Assembly (NCBI GenBank): GCA_963740315.1 | Contig: CAVUDP010000001.1 | Location: forward strand, 1,504,001 to 1,568,000 | Reading direction: 5' to 3' | Length of the DNA: 64,000 nucleotides | Source of the DNA: an uncultured cyanobacterium | GTDB lineage: Bacteria; Cyanobacteriota; Cyanobacteriia; Cyanobacteriales; Nostocaceae | Notes under the pieces: model-generated | Seen by the model: the letters and a program-made list of their open reading frames with translations, nothing else | What the model was told of the DNA's origin: nothing | The model's database searches: none | Program-made: the position numbers and the translations under genes | Part shown: positions 40,801 through 51,100 of the stretch, piece by piece | How the letters are laid out: every line of letters starts with the position of its first letter | How positions within the stretch are numbered: the stretch's first letter is position 1

Positions 40801-40898
40801 AATAAAATATCCAGCCTTTGTGTTCCGCATTCCAGGGGGAACACCCATAATTCCTCGAACTTACCCAAAATACATTTGATAGGGCTGGATATTTTATT
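40801..40898. repeat. 98-bp element bounded by perfect 16-bp inverted repeats
   Basis: AATAAAATATCCAGCC...GGCTGGATATTTTATT with internal GTGTTCC/GGAACAC hairpin. Confidence 0.7.
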
Positions 40899-41056
40899 TT
40901 TTAATCTCCTTAAAGAATAGATAAAGAAAAAACTTACTTAATTTTTATTAATATGCCTTTGATTTCGCTCTTTTTTTAAGTATTAAGTTATCATACACAG
41001 TCTGGGAAAACCCGATTTATTGAATGTAAAAATAATATACTATACACAATTTAAAC

Positions 41057-41623
41057 ATGAATATTATTAGTAAAAAACTGATAAAAGGCAAGTTATTATA
41101 TTTGGTAATCGTCCCTTTATGTTGTGCAGTAGGATATTCAATAGGATACTTAAATACATCATCTTATGATAAGGCAATCACACAAGAAACACAATCTCTA
41201 TCTAAAGTAGCAGTACCTAAAGAAAAAAATGCAACAAATATTAGTCTCATAGTCAAGCTCAGTGAACGTCAGGTTCATGTATATCAGGGAAAACAAATAT
41301 TAAATAGCTTTCCCATTGCTGTTGGTAAATTGGGTTGGGAAACTCCGCTCGGAAAGTATCAAGTTATTCGTATGAGACAAGACCCGGTTTTCAAGAATTT
41401 TAAGACTGGTGAACTTATTAAACCAAGTCCAAAAAATCCATTAGGAAAACGTTTGATTGTATTTAAAAGAGGTGAAAAATTTGATTTTGCTATCCACGGT
41501 ACTAACCAGAATGAACTAATCGGTCAAGCAGTTTCTCATGGTTGTATTCGGATGTACAATAAAGATGTAATCAAATTATATGAAATGATTGATATTGGAA
41601 CTCCTGTATCTATATTACCTTAG
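41057..41623 (+). CDS. L,D-transpeptidase (YkuD family)
   Basis: FPIAVG..TP.G, AIHGT..IGQAVSHGCIRM. Confidence 0.9.
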   Translation: MNIISKKLIKGKLLYLVIVPLCCAVGYSIGYLNTSSYDKAITQETQSLSKVAVPKEKNATNISLIVKLSERQVHVYQGKQILNSFPIAVGKLGWETPLGKYQVIRMRQDPVFKNFKTGELIKPSPKNPLGKRLIVFKRGEKFDFAIHGTNQNELIGQAVSHGCIRMYNKDVIKLYEMIDIGTPVSILP

Positions 41624-41717
41624 TATAAGTTAGCCCTGAAGAAGTTATGATTGTTGCAAATTTCGTAGCAATTGAAGCAGTGTTAAATGTGACTTGATTG
41701 ACTATTCTCCTTTCTCA

Positions 41718-43913
41718 TCACCGCTTCTTCTTTAAAACAGGAGTCAAATACTCCCCACAACCCGACAACCGAATCGCACTACACCCAAACTGATAAGCAA
41801 ACTCAATTGATTCCCCAGCACCCAAAGCACTGTAAAAACCCACAGCAAATTCAATACTAGCCTTATCCCCAATCGAACGATTCATCCCGATTACATAGGG
41901 AACATATTTGACAATAGCTCCAGCTTGAACTTCTGAATAACAAGCATTGAGCAATACACACTCAACATTATCTGCAAATAGCTTAAATAGTTCAGCTAGT
42001 GCTTCCCCATCTACAAATTGCATATTCCCAATTTCATCTTCCAACACTAAACCATCATCCCCGGAACCATGACCGGAAAAATGCACAATTCGCGGTTTAA
42101 AATCTAATAAAGCTTGGGAAACATCGCGAATCCTTACAGCCCAACGTTGCTTGAGGTCAAATTGTTCCCGTTTTTTGGCTCGCTGCAATCCTGCATCAAT
42201 TTCCCTTACTTCTTCATCTAATCTCAATGAAGTTGTAGCTTTGGGATTAGCAGCTAAAATCAAAATTGTTTTTACGGCATAATAATCAGAACTTTGTAAT
42301 GCCGTTTGTATCATATTTTCTACATTAGAAATTCTACTATCTTGCTCTGAGAGCAATAATTTCATTTCTTCTGCTGGCAAACCTTTTAATTGATTGTAGG
42401 TATCAAAATAATTGGCACTTAGTTCCGATTTCTCAGTAACTGCTGTGGTTTTAGCTCGGAGCAAAAAATTATTTTCACCTTTAACTTCCATTCCCACAAT
42501 TCGCAATCCTGCTTCGGGGTTATTCTCCACTAACTGCTTCAGAGAAATGGCGATCGCGCGGGGGTCAACACCTTGGTTATGATAAAGGTCAAGAGTATCA
42601 AAAATCGGTTTAATAAAGTCACCAAATTCCCCATCTGCAAACACTTCCTGCAAATTATCTGGTTTACGCAAGGGGTCGGGATTATTTTTTGTGGGCAGTC
42701 TCATGTACACATACTCACATTTCACCCCAGTAAATATACTATTATTAGTAATACCCCAATCTTCAATATATGCTCCAGTAAGAATCGAACCTGTAAAATC
42801 GGTTCCAGCTAACTGTGTTTGTACCAGCTTGGCTCTGGATAAATCCGTATCCTGTAAATTGGCTTTGCTCAAGTCAGCACTAATAAAACTTGCGTCTGCT
42901 AAATTTGCTCCCTTCAGGTTTACCCCTCGTAAATCAAAATTATCAAAATTGATTTCTTGCCCGTATCCTGTAATCAAGACTTGTTGTAATTTCGCATTTT
43001 TTAAATAACTAGCTCCACAGCGAACCCGGTTAAGCATTTTCACTTTTTGGAAGCAAGTGCGGGTAAGTTTGGCTTTACAGAAGTTTGTACTTTGCAGAGT
43101 AGCTTGAGTGAAATTGGCATCTGTTAAATCGGTATTGTCAAAGCTCGTACCCTTAAAAGCCGCAATAATAATCGCAAACTCGCGTATAGAAGCATATTTT
43201 TCTTCACCGAGGAGGGCTAAACGAGCAATGTAAATACCAACCAAGAAAAATACTACCGTAAAAGAAACAGCAAAGGCTACAGCATACCCTTTAGTAATAG
43301 ACAAGCGAGCAACAAACGCACCAGAAATAGCAAAAGTTACTGCAAATGCAAACAATAGGGCTACAGCAAACCTTCTAGCAATGGCAAAGGCTACAGCTAT
43401 AGTCACAGCAAAGGTTGCAGCAATAGTTAAAGTTGCAGTAATTGAAAATACTCCAGCAATAGCGATAGCTAAGGTTTGATCGGTAAAAAAGGCAATAGCA
43501 AAAGCTGCAATTCCACCAATAGCTATAGCGAATGCTCCAGCAACTGTTGCGGTATTTACTTCTATTCCAAAACGAATAATAACTCTAAGGTAGACAAACA
43601 GTACAAATAAACTTGCCCAGCCAGCGATTTGGTATGAGAAATGGTCACGATTAAATATCAACCGCGATACCATAGCACCAGTAAAACCAGAGAAAAACCC
43701 CGATAATCCCGCCAGTAAACACGAAGCTATAACAATCACAATAGCCCAACGTCTTTGCAATCCAGCTTTTGCATGACAAAATTTAGTCTCCCGAAGAATT
43801 GCACCAGTAAAATTTGTACTGCGGATATCCGCGTAGCTAAAATCAGCACCTGTAAGGTCTAAACCTTTGAAAGAGCGTCCTTGGAGATTTTGACCGGAGA
43901 AGTCCTGCGGCAT
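41718..43913 (-). CDS. Pentapeptide-repeat membrane protein with C-terminal CHAT (caspase-like) domain
   Basis: A(D/N)(L/F)xx repeats, Ala-rich TM block, HFSGHG and LNACYS dyad. Confidence 0.85.
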   Translation of the reverse strand: MPQDFSGQNLQGRSFKGLDLTGADFSYADIRSTNFTGAILRETKFCHAKAGLQRRWAIVIVIASCLLAGLSGFFSGFTGAMVSRLIFNRDHFSYQIAGWASLFVLFVYLRVIIRFGIEVNTATVAGAFAIAIGGIAAFAIAFFTDQTLAIAIAGVFSITATLTIAATFAVTIAVAFAIARRFAVALLFAFAVTFAISGAFVARLSITKGYAVAFAVSFTVVFFLVGIYIARLALLGEEKYASIREFAIIIAAFKGTSFDNTDLTDANFTQATLQSTNFCKAKLTRTCFQKVKMLNRVRCGASYLKNAKLQQVLITGYGQEINFDNFDLRGVNLKGANLADASFISADLSKANLQDTDLSRAKLVQTQLAGTDFTGSILTGAYIEDWGITNNSIFTGVKCEYVYMRLPTKNNPDPLRKPDNLQEVFADGEFGDFIKPIFDTLDLYHNQGVDPRAIAISLKQLVENNPEAGLRIVGMEVKGENNFLLRAKTTAVTEKSELSANYFDTYNQLKGLPAEEMKLLLSEQDSRISNVENMIQTALQSSDYYAVKTILILAANPKATTSLRLDEEVREIDAGLQRAKKREQFDLKQRWAVRIRDVSQALLDFKPRIVHFSGHGSGDDGLVLEDEIGNMQFVDGEALAELFKLFADNVECVLLNACYSEVQAGAIVKYVPYVIGMNRSIGDKASIEFAVGFYSALGAGESIEFAYQFGCSAIRLSGCGEYLTPVLKKKR

Positions 43914-44152
43914 AACTGCGTCAGTTGTCAGCTAAAATTTTTACATTATTGTTATTATTTACCATTATTTGGTATTTATTTATAATGGGAATATCACAAT
44001 TAAATCTGTAAGCCAAAGTTAGCGCTTAAAAGTTATCCACCTCAATCGAATGGTTTAAGTGCTTGGATTACCCTCTGGCGACTTTCCCGCCAATTTTAAT
44101 TCGGATGCTGTTTTCTTTTCTGCGATTCTAGTTATATTTAACTCTTCATGTA

Positions 44153-44416
44153 CTATTTTAGTAACATGGAACCATCGCTTGTTGTTAACGTAAGATTATG
44201 CATTCCAACAACACAATCCGGTTCAAAATCATTAGGTAACATCAAAACCATCCAACTTTTAGAGCTATAAGTAGTAGGTTTTGTTAATGGGTGATAATTA
44301 AACAATTCAGTAACGGATTCGCAAAAAACATCTACTCCGTAAGCTTCTAGAATTTTCTGCAATTTATCATTACATTCTGGGATTTGATTTGGATTAAACT
44401 GAGAATTGATTTTCAC
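44153..44416 (-). CDS. Hypothetical protein
   Basis: 87-aa ORF in a minus-strand small-gene cluster. Confidence 0.5.
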   Translation of the reverse strand: MKINSQFNPNQIPECNDKLQKILEAYGVDVFCESVTELFNYHPLTKPTTYSSKSWMVLMLPNDFEPDCVVGMHNLTLTTSDGSMLLK

Positions 44417-44465
44417 AATTTACCTACCTAATATTTGATAATTTTTTCGCCCTTCGCGTTGCTTA

Positions 44466-44696
44466 TTAAAGAGTACAAAGCTTAATCTTTCTCGGTTTCT
44501 CTTTATAGCCAACTCGTATAATTTTAGCTATCATCTGTCCTTGTTCGATTGTTAATTCAAGTACACCTAATAAATTCTCTACTCCGTCTTGCACTTCAAT
44601 TGTGGCTTTTATTTCTTCGATAGTAGTGACAATAAAAACTTTGTCATCACTATCAGCACTTTGTAAAATAAAGTTTGCACAAATAGGAGTTTTCAT
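44466..44696 (-). CDS. Hypothetical protein
   Basis: 76-aa ORF with GAGG RBS-like upstream. Confidence 0.6.
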   Translation of the reverse strand: MKTPICANFILQSADSDDKVFIVTTIEEIKATIEVQDGVENLLGVLELTIEQGQMIAKIIRVGYKEKPRKIKLCTL

Positions 44697-44790
44697 ACTT
44701 ATCCTCAGCTATAAAATTAGAAGCAACACAATTTACTGAAAAAAAATAAAGCTGAGTCAAGTGAACCCAGCCTTATTATTATTTTTCTAA

Positions 44791-45687
44791 TTAATTAGAA
44801 CAGCATTCTGAAAAACTTTGCTCAACAACAGAAACATTTTCGATATCGCTGTCTTTACCGTCCCAATCGTAACCATGTTCTTCAGCCCAAGCTTTCGCTT
44901 CCTTCAGTTTGCTAGTACGAGAACTAACTACTTTTCTTAAATCAGCGTCACTCAGTTCTTGAGATACCGTATTACGTGCTATTAAGGTTTCAGCGTGCTT
45001 GAGGTTAACCCGTTCAATATCTTCTTGTTGTTCAAGTCGTTTCATCTCGTTGCGCTTATTCATGCGTTCTTTGTTAAGCACTATTAGTAATTCACTCAAA
45101 GCGTAGATAATTTTCACCCGGAGTTCGTTGCGATATTCTTGTTCCTCACTACTTAAATAATCTTCGGAATCCAGTTCAATCCATTCTTCAATTTCATCAG
45201 AAGTTAGGTTGCATTTGATTTCAATTAGTCGATGTTGGTGTTCTGGTTCCAACAGCAAAATATCCAATTGCTCGACTATATAATTCCGAAGATTCTTATG
45301 GATATTTTGAAGCTGCTTCTCGTCGGGATTTTGTTTGTCAATCATGGAGATATCGCCAACACCAGATGCAAATATTTCAGTTAAACGCTGATGCTGCCAA
45401 CTGTAGTAGGATTTCATGTCGTACTCTGGTGGTGTATAACCTCGGCGATCGCCTTCATTATCAGCATAAGGATTTTGGTATTCGTTGCGGTATCCAGGAG
45501 CAATCAGAAATTGTTGCAATTCTCCATCTTCTTTAGCTTCTGACCATAATTGTTTCCAATCAAGTAGATTTATAGCTTGGGATTTAGTTTCATACCACAA
45601 GGCTGCAACGCGGTAGTAGTATTGAATTGTTTCTTTGCGAGCAGATGTTTGTTGACCAAGTTGGCGATTCTTTTTGATGTTAAGCAT
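44791..45687 (-). CDS. Hypothetical acidic protein
   Basis: 298-aa ORF. Confidence 0.6.
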   Translation of the reverse strand: MLNIKKNRQLGQQTSARKETIQYYYRVAALWYETKSQAINLLDWKQLWSEAKEDGELQQFLIAPGYRNEYQNPYADNEGDRRGYTPPEYDMKSYYSWQHQRLTEIFASGVGDISMIDKQNPDEKQLQNIHKNLRNYIVEQLDILLLEPEHQHRLIEIKCNLTSDEIEEWIELDSEDYLSSEEQEYRNELRVKIIYALSELLIVLNKERMNKRNEMKRLEQQEDIERVNLKHAETLIARNTVSQELSDADLRKVVSSRTSKLKEAKAWAEEHGYDWDGKDSDIENVSVVEQSFSECCSN

Positions 45688-45796
45688 GATTGAAGCGATA
45701 TAGTATTCAAGATTGTCTGCACCCTTTAATAATTCAATTAAAGAGTTATTTATTCACCTTTTTTAGTGCGAAGCACATGACGTTAGGATTGATTTT

Positions 45797-46108
45797 TCAA
45801 TTTTTGTAATTAGTTTTTATCGGCTTACAAAGCGGGCATAAGCTAACTGAATTATGACGCTGCTTTAATTGTTTTTCTAATTCGCGATTACATTTTGACC
45901 AGTGACGAACAAGTTGCAATTGATATTTGTAATCTTGCACAACAGCACGAGTTATTTTTGCACCTACGCCACTGTTATGTTCTTCTAAACGCTTTTTTAA
46001 ACTTCTGCTGGTATAGCCCAAATAATGTTGAGCAGTTCCTTTCGGATTCTTTAGGTTGCCGATGGGATGGGAGAAATGTAACAGGTAAACATAACCCATG
46101 ATATGCAC
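45797..46108 (-). CDS. GIY-YIG nuclease family protein
   Basis: YVYLL..HYLGYT..L..RL..H..G.GAK.T..E..LK. Confidence 0.8.
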   Translation of the reverse strand: MHIMGYVYLLHFSHPIGNLKNPKGTAQHYLGYTSRSLKKRLEEHNSGVGAKITRAVVQDYKYQLQLVRHWSKCNRELEKQLKQRHNSVSLCPLCKPIKTNYKN

Positions 46109-46230
46109 CGCTTAGATTGTTTTTACAACCGTCGGCTAGTGCTAATTTAGGCTTCTTGAAATTTCTATCAAATTATATTTTTGATAAAATTTTAAACTAG
46201 AGCTGTTTGACTCACTTCAGCCCGCTTTTT

Positions 46231-46974
46231 CTAACGACTAAAAACGTAGATTTTTCTAAGCCCGACTTCAATAGAGAAGTAGGAATCAATAAACCAGTCT
46301 CGTGCAATTGCTTTCCAATCAATGTAGAATGCAGGAATATTTAATTCTTCAAGCTGTTGAATTATTCCGCACTCTTCCCACATTCGGTAAACAAAATCTT
46401 CATCCTCTTCGTATTCACCCAAGTAACGGTCTTTAAAATCTTCTTCTGTTGCATATTCGCTGTAATGTTGGTAATAAACTGCGTAAGCTTTACCATGTTC
46501 TTCTAACAATTGCGCCAGTTCAGAAACATGATTTATATCTTCATATTCATTAAGCTGTATTCCTTCCCAACATTCGTAATCATGTATCGCCCATTCGTCA
46601 CAAGGTTCTGTATCTGCAACTGGCGACCATGAAAGCATCCATTTGATATCATCTTCAATATCTTCTGGTTGTTGAGTGCCATCAATCCACAAGCCATGTA
46701 AATACCCAGCATTATAAGCACTCAGGCAAGCTACATAAATTTTGGGTGTTTCATCATCGGTGCATTCTCTTTCATATGACGGAAATGGCAAAGAACATTT
46801 TAAACTAGCATTTCTTATGGGAGCTTTTACTTGAGCTAAAGCAACAGCTAAATTTAAAGCTCTTAAATCAATATTTTGAACAAATAAAATATTGTCCAAA
46901 CGTTCAACATTGTAAAGCTGTTCTGCTACTGATACAGCATCTAGTTCTGAATCAAATATTATATTCATTGTCAA
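46231..46974 (-). CDS. ardA: Antirestriction protein ArdA
   Basis: KIYVACLSAYNAGYLHGLWID, EWAIHDYE, YIDWKAIARD; very acidic. Confidence 0.9.
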   Translation of the reverse strand: MTMNIIFDSELDAVSVAEQLYNVERLDNILFVQNIDLRALNLAVALAQVKAPIRNASLKCSLPFPSYERECTDDETPKIYVACLSAYNAGYLHGLWIDGTQQPEDIEDDIKWMLSWSPVADTEPCDEWAIHDYECWEGIQLNEYEDINHVSELAQLLEEHGKAYAVYYQHYSEYATEEDFKDRYLGEYEEDEDFVYRMWEECGIIQQLEELNIPAFYIDWKAIARDWFIDSYFSIEVGLRKIYVFSR

Positions 46975-47046
46975 ATATTTTTGTTTAATGAAGTGAAAGG
47001 GCAGTTTTAAAACTTGCCCCAGGTGTTACAAATTAGCGATTAGTTA

Positions 47047-47358
47047 TCATTTAAGACCGTTACTGTTTTGCAAACATTCTGATGCTTGGATTTGACAACT
47101 ACAGTTTTTCATTTCTTCGAGTTCCCATTGCAAAGTTTCTATTTTCTGATTGATTTGTTGTTCCGTCACGTTGCGAAGATTGTTCAACAACTTTTCTAAA
47201 ATAGGTATTTGGTTGGGATGAAATTCAATTGTAAATTTTTCGTTGTCAGCAAAACAAATAACAAGTTCAACAAAACCAGACAGAATAAAGGTATTTAGGT
47301 AAGTAGTGTCTAGTAATTTAATGCTTGTTGAACGATAAACTTCTATGTTGCTTTCCAT
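47047..47358 (-). CDS. Hypothetical protein
   Basis: 103-aa ORF. Confidence 0.5.
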   Translation of the reverse strand: MESNIEVYRSTSIKLLDTTYLNTFILSGFVELVICFADNEKFTIEFHPNQIPILEKLLNNLRNVTEQQINQKIETLQWELEEMKNCSCQIQASECLQNSNGLK

Positions 47359-47524
47359 TACAATATTTTCATTAATTTTTCACCCTCAGCAACAGCTAAG
47401 TTTGTATTAACATCAAATAGATGCTTCTGGAATATTTTCTCCATATAGCAAGGGTTTAAGCAACTCATTTTTAGACGGAACTTCATTTTCTGTATAGTAA
47501 TTTTTTAATTATCAAGTTCATTTA

Positions 47525-47790
47525 TCAATAATTTCTAGAATTAATGATTTTCTTACATTGCAAACCATATTGCGGGTGTCCTCGCCAGAAACCATTTAAT
47601 TGAAGCGTTTGTCCTGGCTGAATACCTGCAAAGCTACCCGTAATGGTAGTTAATTCCGATACCCTCGGGCGTTGCAATCGCGCCACCGTATAACCCGAGT
47701 CTTGGGAATGGTAAGTCAAGCGTTCAACCACCCCCATGATTTATTCTTGCTTGGGAGTGGCGTTTATTTGTTGTGGGTTAACATCCACTG
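47525..47790 (-). pseudogene. recD2: N-terminal remnant of a RecD2-like helicase
   Basis: GVVERLTYHSQDSGYTVARL..G.W..HP.YG.Q; upstream in-frame stop; truncated. Confidence 0.75.
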
Positions 47791-48031
47791 GGGAGTAAAG
47801 CAGATGAAAACCAAATGGGGAACCTGTAACACCCAAGCGAAACGCATTTGGTGAAACCTCGAACTCGCGAAAAAAGCCCAACATTGTTTAGAATATGTTG
47901 TAGTTCATGAAATGGTGCATTTACTCGAAAGAAGTCATGGAGAGCGGTTTGTGGCTTTGATGAATAAATTTATGCCCAATTGGCGGTTTTATAAGGATGA
48001 GTTGAATCGTTCGTCTTTGGGGGATTATTGA
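47788..48031 (+). pseudogene. C-terminal remnant of a YgjP/M48-like zinc metalloprotease
   Basis: MKTKWGTCN..RIW*NLEL..EYVVVHEMVHLLE.SH..RF (HExxH) with an internal stop. Confidence 0.8.
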
Positions 48032-48165
48032 GTTGGGTTTTGGGGATTGTATTATAAAGGGGTGGAATAATAGTAATTTATTAGCTAATCTCTGTAATTT
48101 TACGGAATTTAGGGTGCTGGGTTTGAATCTTTTTATAAATACCTCATCACCTCAGCCCTTATCCT

Positions 48166-51100
48166 ATGAACGAACAACGTCAGGAAGCTTATCTAAACCT
48201 CATTCAAAGCTTATTAAGTTTTCGTCGTAATAAAAAGAAAATCCAAGAGATTTTGGCAGCAAATCAAGATTTATTTGATGCTGACTTTTTGCGAGTACTA
48301 GAAGTTGTGGCAGAAGTTAAATCAGAATCAGGACAGGAAAATATTGCCAATTGGTTAAGAAGGCTAGCTACATATCTAAATACTCCAGCCACACCTTTAT
48401 CCATGAAAGAACAGCGTCAGCAAGCTTATCATAATCTCATTCAAAGCCTGTTGAATTGCCGTAGTAACGATGAAGTCCGAGAAATTTTGGCAGCAAATGA
48501 AAAATTATTTGATACTGATTTCTTGCAGACAGTAGAAGCGGTAGCACAGACGTTTTCAAAGAACGGGGACGAGAACACAGCAAATTGGCTGCGAAATTTG
48601 GCAATGAATGAATACCGTCACCAAGCCTACTTCAATCTAATTGAAAGTTTGTTGAATTGTGGCAATGATGATGAAATTTCAAAAACTTTGATAGCGAATC
48701 AAGAGTTAATTGATGCTGGCTTCTTACAGGCAGTAGAGATAATGGCAAAAACATATTCTCAGAATGGGCATGAGAGTACAGCAAGTTGGTTACAAAATTT
48801 GGCAGCTAGCCTATACCGTCAACAAGCATATTCTAGACTAATTCAAAGTCTGTTGAATTGTGGCAATGATGATGAAGTCTCACAGACTTTGGTAGAAAAT
48901 CAAGAATTAATTGATGCTGGCTTCTTACGGGCAGTAGAGATGGTGGCGCAAACATTATCTCAAAATGGGGAAGAGAACATAGCAAACTGGCTGCAAAATT
49001 TGGTAATGCACCTGAAGAAGTCACAATTTCTGATTGAAGTGCTACAAGCAATAGCTAACAATAGGGGTGATTTACAAATGATTTACCCCTTGCTGGAAAA
49101 GAATATAGACAAACTTGATGAAGTATTAGCAGAAATACTACTCCGGTGGGGAACAAATACACTAGAGAAAATGGAATTGGATATAGCAGAATCTCTGGTA
49201 TCAGATATTGTTGAATATAGCAATATAATGCAAAAGTTTCCTTTAGGAAACAAAGCCAGCAACATAGAAATTGCGATCGCTGGCTATGAAGTTGCGCTAC
49301 AAATATATACTAGGGAAGCTTTGCCTGAAAATTGGGCAATGACGCAAAATAATCTCGCTAGTGCCTATTTTGAAAGAATTAAAGGAGACAGGGCAGAGAA
49401 TATTGAAAAAGCGATCGCTGCTGCTACTGCTGCTTCAACTGTCAGAACTAGGGAAGCTTTGCCTGAAGATTGGGCAATAACGCAAAATAACCTTGCAAAT
49501 GCCTATTGTAACAGAATTAAAGGAGACAGGGCAGAGAATATTGAAAAAGCGATCGCTGCTCATACTGCTGCTTTAACTGTCAGAACCAGGGAAGCTTTGC
49601 CTGAAGATTGGGCAATGACGCAAAATAACCTTGCAAATGCCTATTGTGAAAGAATTAAAGGAGACAAGGCAGAGAATATTGAAAAAGCGATCGCTGCTTA
49701 TGCTGCTATTTTAACCGTCAGAACCCAGGAAGCTTTGCCTGAAGGTTGGGCAATGACGCAAAATAATCTCGCTACTGCCTATTACGATAGAATTAAAGGA
49801 GACAAGGCAGATAACATCGAAAAAGTGATCGCTGCTGCTACTGCTGCTTCAACCGTTTTCACAAGAAAAGCTTCACCACAATCTTGGGCAATAACACAAA
49901 ATAATCTCGCAAATGCCTACAGCGATAGAATCAAAGGAGACAGGGCAGATAACATTGAAAAAGCAATCGCTGCTTATACTGCTGCTTTAACTGTCACAAC
50001 CAGGGAAGCTTTGCCTTTAGATTGGGCTACGACGCAACACAATATCGGTCGCGCCTACACCCATAGAGTCAAAGGAGACAGAGCAGATAACATCGAAAAA
50101 GCAATCCCTGCTTATGCTGCTGCTTTAACTATCTACACCAAGGATGCTTTGCCTTTAGATTGGGCAATAACGCAAAATAATCTCGCAGGAGTTTACAGGG
50201 ATAGAATTAAAGGAGACAAGGCAGAAAATATTGAAAAAGCGATTACTTGTTCCCGAAATGCTTTAGAATTTATGACTTCTGACGCTTTTCCCCAAAAGTA
50301 TGCAGAAGCTTTGTTCGGACTAGGAATCGCTTACCAAAAGGTAAACCAGCTTAACTTAGCACACAATGCTTTTGAGTCTGCCATTGCCACCATAGAATCT
50401 TTACGAGAAGAAATAATTTCTGGTGAAGAAAGCAAACGTAAACAAGCGGAATACTTTGGCGAAAATTATCGCCGTATGGTGGAAGTTTGCTTGGAATTAG
50501 GGAAGAAAACAGAAGCAATTGAATATGTTGAACGTAGTAAAACCCGCAATTTAGTTGAACAAATCCTCGAACGTGACTCTAAAACCATCTTCCCTTCAGA
50601 AGTAGTTACTCAACTAGAAACATACAGAGATGAAATAGCCACAGGACAATATCAAATCCAAAATGGCAAAGCTGAAAATCCCAAAGTCCTTGCCCAACAT
50701 CTTCAACAATTGCGACAGCAGCGTAATGAATTGCAAAACGAATATTTACCTGTTGGTTATGGTTTCAAATTTGACTCATTCCAAGCTACTTTGGATGAGC
50801 GTACAGCCATTATTGAGTGGTATATTCTCAATGACAAAATTCTGGCGTTTATTGTCACACAAACAGGAGAAGTAAAAGTTTGGCAATCCTCAACAGAAGA
50901 TAGAGAAGCTTTCCTAAATTGGGGAAATAAATATTTGCGGAACTACTACACTCAAAAAGACCAATGGCAAAATAGCTTAGGGGAAGAACTCAAAGAATTA
51001 GCTTCGGTTTTGCACATTGATAAAATATTAACCCAGATACCAAAGCACTGCGATAAACTCATCCTAATTCCCCATTTGTTCTTGCATTTATTCCCTCTTC

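Noticed and set aside
44033..44041. DnaA box / replication origin (TTATCCACC)
   Set aside because: Single imperfect box, no cluster and no rep gene nearby
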